A stretch of DNA of 64,000 nt from Amoebophrya sp. A120 (Eukaryota; Protista; Dinoflagellata): positions 62,001 to 126,000 of the forward strand of contig CAJINV010000017.1 in NCBI GenBank assembly GCA_905178155.1. Reading direction: 5' to 3'. Below the pieces are notes generated by a model that saw only the letters and a list, made by a program, of their open reading frames with translations, was not told the DNA's origin and made no database searches. The translations under genes were made by a program, and so were the position numbers. Below, one piece after another: positions 33,335-44,423 of the stretch. Numbering within the stretch: position 1 is the stretch's first letter; every line of letters begins with the position of its first letter.

Positions 33335-35716
33335 ATGGGAGCCTGTGGCGGCAAAGCCGAGGGCATGACGGCCGACCAGAAGGCGGCGGTCGAGACCGTG
33401 CAAACCATGTTTGGCATGTGGGGCCAGGGTAAGTTTGCCACCGCCCAGGGTGAAGCTGACTTCATCAAGGTAAGTACTTACTTTGACAATTGTAATGCTG
33501 CGGTAGCTGCTGCTGCTCAGTGATCTGATGTCGATGTGAATAGTTCCAAAGAATTTCAGCTGCGAACGTGGTCCAGCAAAGCAAAAGAGATGGCTGTGGT
33601 GCTAGTTTTGAATTACAGCACATTCATTTTGTTCGCACCAATTCGACATAAATTTAAATCAGTCCATGGAAACCATCAACACCCCGGATGCTACCTGGGA
33701 TTTCACCGGACCCGGACCCGAGATTTACAAGACGTACACGGGAGCCAAGGCATTCATGCCTTGGATGAAGTACCTGGAAGAGGTACTATTTTCGAAACGG
33801 TGGTTTAGATTACGAAAAAGAATTTTATTTGTGCTGGTGTGTGCTGGTGAAGCGTTGACGTTCATCTTCATAAAACCGCAAAAAAATAACAGTTCGACTT
33901 CCCGAACATGAACCCGAGCTTCTTCCCCGGTCCCCCGGGCTCCAACATCGCCATCATGTACATGAACTATGACATGACGCACAAGGAGTCCAAGGCGGCC
34001 ATGACCAAACAAACCGACGTTTTCGTGTTCACCGTAAAGGGCGGCAAAATCGCCAGCGCCAAGCAGTACTGGGGCGATGTGCAAGGGATTAACAAGGTAA
34101 AATTTCTCAATTATTGCATGAAGTCATTGTCTTTCTCCCTGCGCGCATCCATTTAGATGCCTTTTAAAGGTTTACGTCAATACGGATTGCACAAAGGCGT
34201 CGGTCACCGAATGCTAATCCTAATCTTCTTTGGGCAATGCAGCAGCGGCCGGAGAATAAGCTGAGAAGGTATAGAAGTAGGTGAGAAGTTAAAGTGTCAA
34301 AAACTCACCACAGACCCTGGGGCCGGTGCACAACTACACTGGTGGTACCCCGGACCAGGCGGCTGCCATGAAGACCGTTCTGACCGCGTTCGGCATGTGG
34401 GGCGAGGGCAAGTTCAAGGCCAGCCAGAGTGACGAAGACTACAAGAAAAACTTGGGTTCCATCTGGTGCGCGGACCACGTGCTGGACGTCCGCGGCCCGG
34501 CGTCGCCGTTCCACAAGGTATTTAAGAGATGAGGCTTTCCTGCTGGTCAGTCATGCGCATTGTACTGTCAAGAACACCTTAAGGCTCTGCAGATTTAAAA
34601 ACATGTGTTCGAGCGCCATCAAGCGATGCACATTGGCCGTAGTCCACGACAACTTCGCACGACCTGAATTGCTAAAAAATCCTTAACCAGGAATACAAGT
34701 CCGGCGGTGACATTTCCGGCACCAAGGACTGGATCAAACTATCAAATGCAAAAATGTCTGTGTCTGGAAGGATGCAAGTTTGTCATGCTTGTCTGGCATG
34801 ACTCGAGAATCTGTGTTGCATAGGCGCGAAAAGGCCCTCTAGCCTGTCATGCAAAAACGCAGTTTGCCATGCGGAATACGTAAGACATGGCAGCCAAAAA
34901 AATTGTCTTGCGTGGCTGCGTATTGCAGTGCGTCTACCACTCACTTTTAGCATTACAAGTTTCCAGACCCAGACATTTTTACATTTGATACAAGCTGTTG
35001 GACGCCCACGAGTTCACCCGCATGGTGCCGACCTTCACCCCCGGCCCCGCGGGTTCGAACATATGCATGGCAAAAGTATCGCATTCGTATTGCACTCATA
35101 CATTACAAATATTTTTCGTAGGGTAAATCAGCATTACAAAATTATATTTCTCATGCTGGGGAAATTTGTAATGCGTTTTCATTTATACGAGTGCGATACT
35201 TTTCCAATTCATAGAACAAGGTGTACTGCAACATGGAGTACGACATCAAGTACAAGGGCGCGGAGGTGAAGGACTATCAAATGTAAAAATGTCTGGGTCT
35301 GGAAGAATGCAACTTGTCATGCTAAATCTGAAGCATGCAAAAATCTGTGCTGTGTGATTACCAAAAGTCGGCCAGTTTTGACCGAGTCGGGGGGCAGTTT
35401 CTCATGCAGGATAGGCATGAGAAAGATCGCACAGAATCTGTCATGCTAGGTCCTGCATTTAAGACCTCATGGGTCATGGAAAAGCTGCATGACAAATCGC
35501 GCATCTGTTTAGCATGTGTGTCGCAGTCGCACTTCTGTTTAGCATGACAAATCGCGCATTCTTCCAGACCCAGACATTTTTGCACTTGATAAGGACATGG
35601 TCGACACCATGGTGTTCACCGTCAAGGACGGCAAGGTCTACTCCCTGAAGCAGTACTGGGGTGACCCAGTCAAGGTCACCGAGGCCTTCGGCGAGCTCTG
35701 GGAGATGCCTGCGTAA
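33335..35716 (+). CDS. Protein with two tandem SnoaL/NTF2-like domains and an N-terminal MGACG acylation motif. Exons 33335-33469, 33663-33782, 33893-34096, 34314-34517, 34691-34739, 34996-35061, 35219-35274, 35597-35716
   Basis: Repeat 1 ...MFGMWGQGKF...PGPPGSN...VFVFTVKGGKIASAKQYWGD aligns with repeat 2 ...AFGMWGEGKF...PGPAGSN...TMVFTVKDGKVYSLKQYWGD. Four GT-AG introns and three TIR elements. The fold assignment is from pattern recognition only. Confidence 0.8.
34740..34990. mobile_element. TIR introner, TATCAA family, direct repeat caaac/caagc
   Basis: tatcaaatgcaaaaatgtctgtgtctggaa ... ttccagacccagacatttttacatttgata. Removal restores KDWIKLLDAH. Confidence 0.93.
35062..35213. mobile_element. 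TIR introner, direct repeat GAACA
   Basis: tatgcatggcaaaagtatcgcattcgtat ... atacgagtgcgatacttttccaattcata. GAACA at 35057-35061 and 35214-35218. Removal restores PAGSNKVYC. Confidence 0.93.
35275..35591. mobile_element. TIR introner, TATCAA family, direct repeat AGGAC
   Basis: tatcaaatgtaaaaatgtctgggtctggaagaatgc ... gcattcttccagacccagacatttttgcacttgata. AGGAC at 35270-35274 and 35592-35596. Removal restores AEVKDMVDTM. Confidence 0.94.
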
Positions 35717-37357
35717 AGAAGCAGGGGTGAAAGCATGAACATGATGCTAGTTCGTTGTATCGGGGCTTCTTGTGACAAGTTTGTCATATAGAACAAACAG
35801 CTTTCTGATCTGGTTTTACCGGCCGTCATGGTCTTGTATGATGCTATACCACCTCTGTCGAAGAATAACTCCTACTGCGTTAAAACCACTTTGCCACCTC
35901 ACTGTACCTCTAAGAATTTGATGGTTATTCCAAGACCTGATTTTTTTCTGTCGGACGCAAAGAGCTTTCTGTATTTGCGCTAGTTATGGCTCAAATTCTT
36001 CAACGATAGACTGAGCTGTGACTTGTTAAGTAAGTGCGGTTTTCTTATTTGCTCGTCTGACTCAATGAACAACTGCTTAGTACACTCACATATTTTTATC
36101 GTTTTAACATGATTTTATTTCTTTCCAAGAAACTTGAAACCGTCAGCCAGCACAGCAGCGTCGATGTCTTCTGGAGGTGCCGCAGAAGCAGAAGTATCTG
36201 CTTCGACAATGCCGCCCTGGAGGACCTTTCTAAAACGTGCTGTGTTTGTTGGACTCTGTTGCGAAAGTCTGGCACTAGTACTAGTGTGGCATTCCAGATT
36301 TACTTCTGGCGTGACCGCTCTGTTTGCCGAAAAACTGCGCAGAGAGTCATGTTTATGTTTCGTCGAACTTGACACATACTACATGCTTGTTTCCACCAAT
36401 TTGAATTTTTCAATCGTGATCGTGAGTGCTTCATTTTCACGGTTTTATGATTTTTTCGAAATCTAGTTGTTCATCTGAGGAGGAGCCCCGCTCGGATTTG
36501 AACCCGGGTCGTTTCTCTGATGTGCTAGTGTCACCAGCAATCCTAGTACTAACTACGCAATAACCCGTTTAAGGCTATGGGAAGAAGATCTGGTTTTAGA
36601 TTTGTCACAAATGCAAAGAACTCTGTATAGATCTGCACAGCGCCTTTATGTTTAGTACGAGTTATAGGTTTCATCCAAGCCTCGCAGTATCATCCTTTCT
36701 GTCGGGATAACTAAAGAAGCCGGTCGGGTAAAAAAACAGCCTTTACTTTTGTGCACTTTATGCTAGTATCCCTTCAGTGAGTGATCTTTGGTTTGACAAG
36801 GAGCGTCATGTGAAATTTTGGGAAAAGAATACACGTTCTGGCGGAATGGTCTTTTCATCATGTTGCGCAGCGGAAAGAGCGGCTAAAAGTTTAGAAGAGT
36901 TTGCGGAGGTGGTGCTCCTTCGGGTGCACGTAGTATCCATGGCTGCATGGATGCTCGTGTTCGCGCAGCGGCTGAAAGGACAATGTTTTTCTTAAGGTGC
37001 GTCACCTACAACGAGATCACTAGTGAAAGGGATCGTTTTGGGCACGCCCTATGAAGGAAAACATGTTGCGTTGATCAAATGAGATGAAAAGCAAAAGTGA
37101 TCACAACGTCCACGCATGAGGTTCTGGTTCCTACTGGTAGAGAAGATGAATTTACACGCTGGGGTCCGCCTGGTCCACTCTGATCCACTTTTCCTGCCTT
37201 TCTAGTGTGATTTGATCCCTTCCTGTTGTGCAATGTTCCATCGAATGAGACTAGCCAAGTCTCAGGAGTTGTAGCGTTTGCCTTGGTGTGGCACCTTTGA
37301 CGGCTCAATTTTCATCGTTGCAGCGCAGTAAACCCTTGTTCGTTCTTGTTGACGATC

Positions 37358-38173
37358 ATGAGAACCTTCACAAGCGCGCCACTGGCGCCGATTGGAAGGA
37401 CAATGTCGCGAGCGACAGTGTTTGCAGCACCACGGCGGTTAGTAACAAAGGCGCCCAGCTATGCGTCTTTTCTTGGAATGTTTCCACTTGATCGCAGAAT
37501 GCCGGCGGTGATTGTTTCTCGCGGCGAACGCCGATGCAGCGGCCTCGCTACCCTAGCGGTAATGGCAACACCACCTCCCCAAGATGTTGAGGTGAAAATA
37601 ATACCAGAGGACACGACAACCACACCGTCCGGCACAGGCCAAGTGCACAGAAAAGCCGGGATCGTCGTTCGCAAGGGTCCCAAGTTCGGGTACATCAAAA
37701 CCATAAACGAGCACACAGGCGAGGAAGAAAACCAGTATTTTCGGGCGAGAGATTGTTTCAAAACCTGGGTTCAGCCGGGCGACGAAGTCACCTTCGAAGA
37801 ATATTTCGACGAGGCAACTGGGAGGAAGTTCATCACAAAAATCGTTGGTGGAACAGGTGGAGAAAAGCCGGAAAGGTGTGTTGAGGCTTCAGAGGCTGAA
37901 GCGCAAGAGAAAGGTAGACGGACTGCAACATCGCGTCAGGCCGCATCAGAGTTTGACCACAGCTTGGAGCAGCCTCTCTTTGAATCGGGAAAGGCATCGC
38001 GTCACACGCACGAGAAAATCGTTGGTGGAAGCGATAGTTCCTTACATGGCGGGGAAAAGCACCAGGAGCTGCGGAACGTCGTCGACAAATTACAAGCGGA
38101 AGTGATCGAGCTGCGATCACAAGTTTCTGATCTCCAAAAGCAGATCACTGTGTTACATGCGGACGCGTTGTAA
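37358..38173 (+). CDS. Divergent cold-shock-domain (OB-fold) protein 1 with a presequence-like N-terminus and C-terminal coiled coil
   Basis: KAGIV...KFGYIK...YFRARDC...PGDEVTFE...KIVGGTG; heptads LRNVVDKLQAEVIELRSQVSDLQKQI. Confidence 0.75.
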   Translation: MRTFTSAPLAPIGRTMSRATVFAAPRRLVTKAPSYASFLGMFPLDRRMPAVIVSRGERRCSGLATLAVMATPPPQDVEVKIIPEDTTTTPSGTGQVHRKAGIVVRKGPKFGYIKTINEHTGEEENQYFRARDCFKTWVQPGDEVTFEEYFDEATGRKFITKIVGGTGGEKPERCVEASEAEAQEKGRRTATSRQAASEFDHSLEQPLFESGKASRHTHEKIVGGSDSSLHGGEKHQELRNVVDKLQAEVIELRSQVSDLQKQITVLHADAL

Positions 38174-38595
38174 AGCTAAAAATGACGAGTGCATCTCCTT
38201 TACAGCGTTTGTGTGTTGAATTGCAAAGTAGAGCGCTTGGCGGCGCGCTTGAGTTGTTGTAGGAAATAAAACTAGACGTAGACTAAGTTGTGTTGTTCGC
38301 TGCACTACAACCACGATGATGACGCTTCCACGATGTGCTTTGTCTTTGCTTTATGTTGTCTTTGCCGGATCAGAATCTATCTAAGGATCTCAACTGCAAT
38401 TCGTCGCGAAGGTTAATTACATTGAATCTCGGGCAGGAGCAAGCCCAAGCGGTAAGCACAAAAGATTCGTCTTTTCCCTTGTGCAATCTTCGTGCCGCGT
38501 TCATGTATTTGATCTTGTTGTTACAGCTGAAAATTGAAATACTAATACCGGAGAAGGGAGAACGGTTTTGTAAAGCCCAGAGAACTACACAAAAC

Positions 38596-39420
38596 ATGTT
38601 CAGCAAACTTACCCACGTCGCCCGCGCGGCAAGACTGCGTAAGGCCAACCTCATCCAGCCACTGCATCAGCGTTCTGCCGTCTTTGGTTTAAATCAGGGA
38701 ACAGGCGCATTTCACGCACGTTGCTTCAGTTCTGCCGACGCCGCTGCAATGGCTACCTCCAGCATCGAAGAGGGTACAGCTGCTGGACATCAATCTGACG
38801 CTCTGAATGGTGACGCGGAACTACAAAAGGATTCTGCTGTCGGCACCTCCACCCCACCTGCCACTGCTCCTGGTTCTTACCAAAAGAACTTCACCAAGAA
38901 AACCGGTACAGTCGTGCAGATCGGCAACGCCTTCGGATGGATCAAAGTCGACGGCAGCCAGGAGGGCGAGCCAGACGCGTATTTCCGGATGAAGGAGTGC
39001 GAGGCGACGTGGGTTCGTGCGGGGGACAAAATCGAGTTTGAGGAGCATGTGAATTTCAAGGGCTGGAAAAGCGTGCGCAAAGTCACCGGCGGTACCGGGT
39101 TTGCGAAACCAGCAGAACGGCCGCCGCTGCCGCAGAATGGTGGAAGAGGTAATACGTTCAGTGGTGCGACTTCTGGATCTTCACATCAGGAGAAAACTAA
39201 CGGGCAACATCAGCAGATGATGGCGAGCGGCAAGCAAGGCGCCGAAGACGTGACGGCCAATCCGCACAATATGGTGGAGTTGCGGAGCATGTTTTCCGGT
39301 TTGGTGTCGATGGTATCGGCACAGCAGACGGAACTGTCCGCGATCAAGAAGCAGGTGCAGAAAATGGACGAGTTGCAGAGCCAGATCGCAAAGCTGGCGC
39401 GGAAGGAGTCGGCCGCGTGA
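38596..39420 (+). CDS. Divergent cold-shock-domain protein 2 with a mitochondrial-like presequence and coiled coil
   Basis: MFSKLTHVARAARLR...ARCFSS; KTGTV...FGWIKVD...DAYF...GDKIEFE...KVTGGTG. Confidence 0.8.
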   Translation: MFSKLTHVARAARLRKANLIQPLHQRSAVFGLNQGTGAFHARCFSSADAAAMATSSIEEGTAAGHQSDALNGDAELQKDSAVGTSTPPATAPGSYQKNFTKKTGTVVQIGNAFGWIKVDGSQEGEPDAYFRMKECEATWVRAGDKIEFEEHVNFKGWKSVRKVTGGTGFAKPAERPPLPQNGGRGNTFSGATSGSSHQEKTNGQHQQMMASGKQGAEDVTANPHNMVELRSMFSGLVSMVSAQQTELSAIKKQVQKMDELQSQIAKLARKESAA

Positions 39421-39882
39421 AAGAAACATGACGCGCACTTGTTCTTGTGACCAGGCGAAATAAATTTGGACAAACTACAACTATGCGAATCTGGTGGCTT
39501 CGCTCCCGGAATCGTCAAGAACAGAGCGCGCACCCACTATATCAAAAATCAACTTGTCTTGCACAAGAGGTTCACTTCTTTGTGTTGGGCAACTTGTTCT
39601 CCATGGAGGTTGTTCAATGACAACGAAAGGCAAAGGACCATGCTGTTGTGTGTCCTGATTTTTTGGTCGCCTCAGCACCGGGCTCCTGCGAAGTTCATTT
39701 CTCCAAGAATCGTGGTCTTGGTGTCGCGCTCGTGTGCTACTTACCTACTGGATGAATACGACGAGTGTCATAATCGTGACCTGAAGATAATCTACTTCTC
39801 TTATCAACTACAATCTATTAATCACAATCTATCAATCAAGTTTGTTGTATTCAACAATCAAAATAAAACAGTTTAGGAAACC

Positions 39883-41448
39883 ATGCCCAGCACCAATTAC
39901 ATCGCGACCGGCCCGACTGCAGCTTCTTCTCGAAGCTCGATCGCAGCACCAGCCGCACATAAGAATCCAGGAGCCCCAGTATTATGGAAGAAGCGGCCCC
40001 GTTTTGTGCCCGAGGAGCAGTTCCAGGAGTTTCTGTGGGGTGATTTTCGTGTGGTAGTGCGGCACCTGGACGAGTTGCAGAAGAACCTCCAAAGTCTGTC
40101 TGAACGGATCCACATCCTAGAGGAAACGAAAGGCGGCGTCTCGTCGAAAGCGGCCAGCAAAAGTTCTACTGGCGCAAGTTCGTCTAGTGTTGCAGCATCA
40201 TGGGTACGGGTAGGAGCAGAATCTGAGCCACCGGAACGGGGACGTTTGCTGCGTGGAGACGTGCTGGAAGACCACAGCTCTGTTGCAGCAGGACGAAGAA
40301 AAACCCGAATGGCGCCGTCAACATTTCCTGGAAGAAGCCACGTGAACACTCGTTCCAACTCCAAAAACGACAAGCGTCACCAGGACGTGGACGGAGCAGC
40401 CGCAGAAATTCAAGACCACCTGGACAACTTCAGCCTGTCCCCGAAGTGGAGCGCCTCCTCTAGCCGACGAAGATTGTCGCGAGAGCAAATGGCGCGGCGA
40501 CGCGGGCGGAATGATGAGCAGTCCACTGTTTTACTAGAGGATGGTAAAATGACGTCAACTGCTCATCTACCCGTGGTCTCGATGGCCAACACCGTGCAGA
40601 TGAACTCCCTCGACGCCGTCCTGGCCGACCGGCTGGGGGTGCTGGAAAAGGCGGTTAGTGAACTCGAGAAAGCCGCCCGCGGGTCCACGAGCGCTGAAAG
40701 TCAGAATGGTGATTTTTCTAGTGCTGCGAAGGCATCCGCATTTTCCACATTATTACGAGGCCCAGCTACAGCGCCACGCGATGAAAAGGCTGGCGCAGAA
40801 TTGCAGCCCACCGAGGAAGCAGAAGGAGTTGTAAAAATAAAAAAGAACGACACAGGTATTGGGGCAGTCCAGACAAAGCAACCTGCTTCGAAGTCCACGT
40901 CTGCTAGCTCGAAAGATACCGACACAGGAGTAGAAATGTCGATCTCGGTTGCACCGAAGCCCCCTTCTGCGGATCCTAATGACGACACCGCCCGGATGAA
41001 ATCAACTGTGCCGCATCCGCTGTCCCCACTCCCGCAGCAGCCCGATGAGTTGGAAAATAAGGAACAGCAGCAACACAATCTGCTCCGGCTCGATGGTATA
41101 GAACGGCAGCAGCAGATTATCCTTGAAGCACTGAAGACCAAAGTCACCTCCCGTGACGACGGACTGCTGCTGAGCCGCAACGTGCGCACGCTCGAACGCA
41201 CTGCAAACGCTGAACTGTTGAAAATCCAGACGAAGATGGACAAGAGTTTTCTGCAGGTAGACGCGTCCTTGGAGCAGAAGGCAAGTCTGCAAACGGTGAG
41301 GGGCTTGCAAAAGGAATTAGCACTGAAGGCCGACATGAAGGACATTTTGGTTCTTCTGGAAGATGTTGCGGCTTCTGCGGGTGGTGCTGTTGGGTGCGCT
41401 GGCGAAGCCAGTGAGCAGCAGCAGCTGCCATCGATGGAGGCGGGTTAG
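39883..41448 (+). CDS. Hypothetical coiled-coil protein
   Basis: 521-aa ORF with heptad segments (LDELQKNLQSLSERIHILE; LEQKASLQTVRGLQKELALKAD); no family recognised. Confidence 0.65.
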   Translation: MPSTNYIATGPTAASSRSSIAAPAAHKNPGAPVLWKKRPRFVPEEQFQEFLWGDFRVVVRHLDELQKNLQSLSERIHILEETKGGVSSKAASKSSTGASSSSVAASWVRVGAESEPPERGRLLRGDVLEDHSSVAAGRRKTRMAPSTFPGRSHVNTRSNSKNDKRHQDVDGAAAEIQDHLDNFSLSPKWSASSSRRRLSREQMARRRGRNDEQSTVLLEDGKMTSTAHLPVVSMANTVQMNSLDAVLADRLGVLEKAVSELEKAARGSTSAESQNGDFSSAAKASAFSTLLRGPATAPRDEKAGAELQPTEEAEGVVKIKKNDTGIGAVQTKQPASKSTSASSKDTDTGVEMSISVAPKPPSADPNDDTARMKSTVPHPLSPLPQQPDELENKEQQQHNLLRLDGIERQQQIILEALKTKVTSRDDGLLLSRNVRTLERTANAELLKIQTKMDKSFLQVDASLEQKASLQTVRGLQKELALKADMKDILVLLEDVAASAGGAVGCAGEASEQQQLPSMEAG

Positions 41449-42005
41449 ACCCCTGACGAAGACGTACATTTTTGTCTAGAATACGCATCTTCTTCATCTC
41501 TTGACATCTACAAGAAGAGAAAACCAATTAGAATGGTGAAGAAAGGATGATGAGATTTTTTTCGCACCGACAGCCATCGTGTACACCCTGTCCATGCACT
41601 TCGCATGCGACCCCGACCTTAGTATCAACAGGACGCCAGTATCTGGAAAGAGTGTTCGTCTTTTTTTTGTGTTATTTTTTACTTTCCCCAAGATCACCAG
41701 GTTGATCAGAGCCCAAGAGCGGCTCACGGACATGGATCTTCATTTTGGGTTTCCCGCGATCGAGGATTGATCATGATGTTACTATTCGTGGCCGTGAAAC
41801 ATGATAACGAGTATGTAAGAACGAGGAGTACAGCTATCACCCTACTGAAGGTGGAGCCTACCACGGCGCTTCGAGAAGTGAAAGAGGATCATATGATGCG
41901 TTATCTTCACGTACTTATATCGTTTCAGAAGCGAAGCTTAGAAGCGCTGAGCGCAAGTTGTATCTATGTACGTGCGTAACTGTGGGACAAACAAGCAAAA
42001 ACAAA

Positions 42006-42893
42006 ATGTTGACTAGAGGTCGATCCGTCGTCCTCCATCGCATCAATGTTGCGACGAGAATGAGAACAAGAGCCGGTTTATGCCATAGCGTCGTGGAGCA
42101 GGGGGGTCTCTGTGGTGTTGACCCTGTAGCATTGAAGACGTGCTGTGGTATGGAGGGCAGTACTAGACGCTACGCCGGGAGCAGTGCAGGCTCGGCTGCA
42201 GCAGTTGCTACGACAGGGGAACGAGACACATCCGCTAACGAATTTCGCTACACTGGTGCGAGTGTCGAGGATGTTTTTTCAACTGAGGAGAATACAACGG
42301 CTTACAGCACCTCCTCAACCCGCAATGCCAACCGGAAGCGATTCGCCGGCCGAAATGACAGCGGCATTCCTTGGGGCGCCGAGGATCTCGGCGAAGCTAC
42401 GGGAACGGTAATTCGTACGGGAAAACAGTTTGGGTATATCAGAATCGACGAAGGAGTGAAGCCAAAAGACGGGGAAGGTGATGACTTTCTGCAGGCGAAG
42501 GAAGTGCACTTCCGCATGCGGGAGTGCATCGATCACTGGGTGCTTCCGAACGACAAAGTCACTTTCAGGAGGTTTTTCTTGTCCAAAAAGCGAAAAGTTA
42601 TCGTCGCGGAAGTCCGGGGCGGCAGTGGAAATGTAAAGCCGGAGAGGGGCAGTTACGGAAATAAGATGAAGCACGGCGACAGTGGTAGTTCAGCGCCGCA
42701 ACATCGTGCCTTTCCGGTTGCGAGCGAGGATGCCGGAGTGCTGGCGTCAAACCATGCCACTCTTGGTGAGGGATCCGGGAGTTCGCAGCAGCAAATTTCG
42801 GAGCTGGTTCACTTGATGAAGAAACAACAGGCACAGCTGGAGGAGATGAAGGAAGACCTTCGGAGAATAAGCGTAGAAGTGGTGGAGAAGTGA
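42006..42893 (+). CDS. Divergent cold-shock-domain protein 3
   Basis: Arg-rich N-terminus; ATGTV...FGYIRID...EVHFRMREC...NDKVTF...EVRGGSG; coiled-coil tail. Confidence 0.75.
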   Translation: MLTRGRSVVLHRINVATRMRTRAGLCHSVVEQGGLCGVDPVALKTCCGMEGSTRRYAGSSAGSAAAVATTGERDTSANEFRYTGASVEDVFSTEENTTAYSTSSTRNANRKRFAGRNDSGIPWGAEDLGEATGTVIRTGKQFGYIRIDEGVKPKDGEGDDFLQAKEVHFRMRECIDHWVLPNDKVTFRRFFLSKKRKVIVAEVRGGSGNVKPERGSYGNKMKHGDSGSSAPQHRAFPVASEDAGVLASNHATLGEGSGSSQQQISELVHLMKKQQAQLEEMKEDLRRISVEVVEK

Positions 42894-43442
42894 CTTTAGA
42901 ACAAAGAACCAGAAATTTATCACAATCCGGATTTCAACATCTTGCAGAAATTTCTTTTTCTACCCTCGCAAAGAGAAGAAGAGCCACTCTTTTTCATCTA
43001 CCCTCGCGAAGAGAAGAAGAGCCACGATCCGATGGAAGTGAAGCATCAAGACGAAGTGGAGACACGTACTTTTGGACTGCGTGATCATATTTTTCGTGTG
43101 ATCTACAAAGCAAAAAGCGGTATTCATGTTTCGTGCAGCCTGTGCAGATTCTTCAAATACAAACGGATCCAGTGCCCGCTGGCGTTGCAAGAAGAAGAGC
43201 TCCTACTTCTTTGCAATTCGGAGCAGCGCTTAAAAATCCTCATTCTTTTGTATCGGAGTCCATTCTCTTCGAATTTGATTTATGTCACGTACTTAGGCAA
43301 CACTTTCCAAGTGCCAGCTTGCAGTTCCAGCTCTGACATAAATTCATTTGAGCTTCGTGGCCACCTAGAATTTCCACATAATTTTTCAAAAACGTCTTAC
43401 GAGCTTCGGACAATTCGATCACTCTGCAGGGAGGTACTGAAC

Positions 43443-44423
43443 ATGAAGATGATTTCCGCTAGGGGCAGCGTTACAAAAAACGCCCCTGTTGCTGCACTTG
43501 TGCAGGTGGTTGCTCCTGCTACCTCGCGCTGTCACAAGCTCCTCCCTACGATAGGTTTTTCAGGCGGTTGCGGATTTCGAAGATGTTCCTTGCCGTATCC
43601 GTGCTTCAAGCCGAACAGGGTTAGATTTTTCTCCGTGGTCGCCAGTCACCTACAATCTTCATTTTCCAACACTGCGGCAGAGCGACCGGTGGAAGGATCA
43701 TCTGCGACCACGACGGTGCCCGCATCATCCGATAATGAGGGAATGGCTTGCTCCACCAAGGGCGAGAATTTAGAGGAAACCAACAGCAACAGCACTTCAA
43801 CCAGCCCGACGGTCGTTCCATCCGTTGGAACTACTGAAGATGTCGGCGCCGTTTTCGGCTCAACCACAGCTGTCTCTACTACGAATGAGCCCGCCGCGGC
43901 GGGGGCTCGTCCGTCGGGATCAGTACCGAAAAAGATGACTGGTACTGTGAAATTTTCTGCCCACGGTTTTGGGTACATTGCGGTGGACGGTGAAACGAAT
44001 AGACAGGGCGATCCATTAGAAATCCGTTTCAACAAGAATCAGTGCGTCGAGCGGCTTCCGAAGAAGGGAGACAAGGTGGAGTTCGAGATGGAAACGCTGG
44101 CGGCATCTGGGAACACGGTGGCGAGGAAAGTTGTGGGTGGCACCGGGCCGGAGAAGGGCAAGGCGAAGGCAGCAAAGCTTTTGGCAACGGCCGCGGCGGG
44201 CGCCGGGGTAAATGAGAAGCAGCCCCTTCCGATGGATCTCTTTTCGTCAAATGTTGCCGCGAACGAGTCCTCGAGTGTGGCGAGCATGAACGAGGTACGA
44301 CACATGTTTTCCAGTCTGGTCAGCTTGATTTCCGCGCAGCAAGCTCAGCTCGCGCAGATGCAGGATGAGATTGCGAAGCTTGGAGGCAGGAGGGGTGCTG
44401 CTATCGCAGTAGGGAAAAAATGA
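43443..44423 (+). CDS. Divergent cold-shock-domain protein 4
   Basis: ...NRVRFFS presequence-like; MTGTVKF..HGFGYIAVD...KGDKVEFE...KVVGGTG. Tail EVRHMFSSLVSLISAQQAQL is homologous to paralog 2 (ELRSMFSGLVSMVSAQQTEL). Confidence 0.8.
   Translation: MKMISARGSVTKNAPVAALVQVVAPATSRCHKLLPTIGFSGGCGFRRCSLPYPCFKPNRVRFFSVVASHLQSSFSNTAAERPVEGSSATTTVPASSDNEGMACSTKGENLEETNSNSTSTSPTVVPSVGTTEDVGAVFGSTTAVSTTNEPAAAGARPSGSVPKKMTGTVKFSAHGFGYIAVDGETNRQGDPLEIRFNKNQCVERLPKKGDKVEFEMETLAASGNTVARKVVGGTGPEKGKAKAAKLLATAAAGAGVNEKQPLPMDLFSSNVAANESSSVASMNEVRHMFSSLVSLISAQQAQLAQMQDEIAKLGGRRGAAIAVGKK

Noticed and set aside
36481-36590. tRNA-like sequence on the minus strand (gggttcaaatcc B-box/T-loop)
   Set aside because: The T-stem pairs poorly and I could not build acceptor or anticodon stems. 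At most a tRNA-derived relic; tRNAscan-SE would decide.
42942-43442. N-terminal 167 codons of ORF 42942..44423, including a ~39-bp tandem duplication near 42955-43025
   Set aside because: It has a TTG start and intergenic-like composition. The paralogs indicate a start at ATG 43443.
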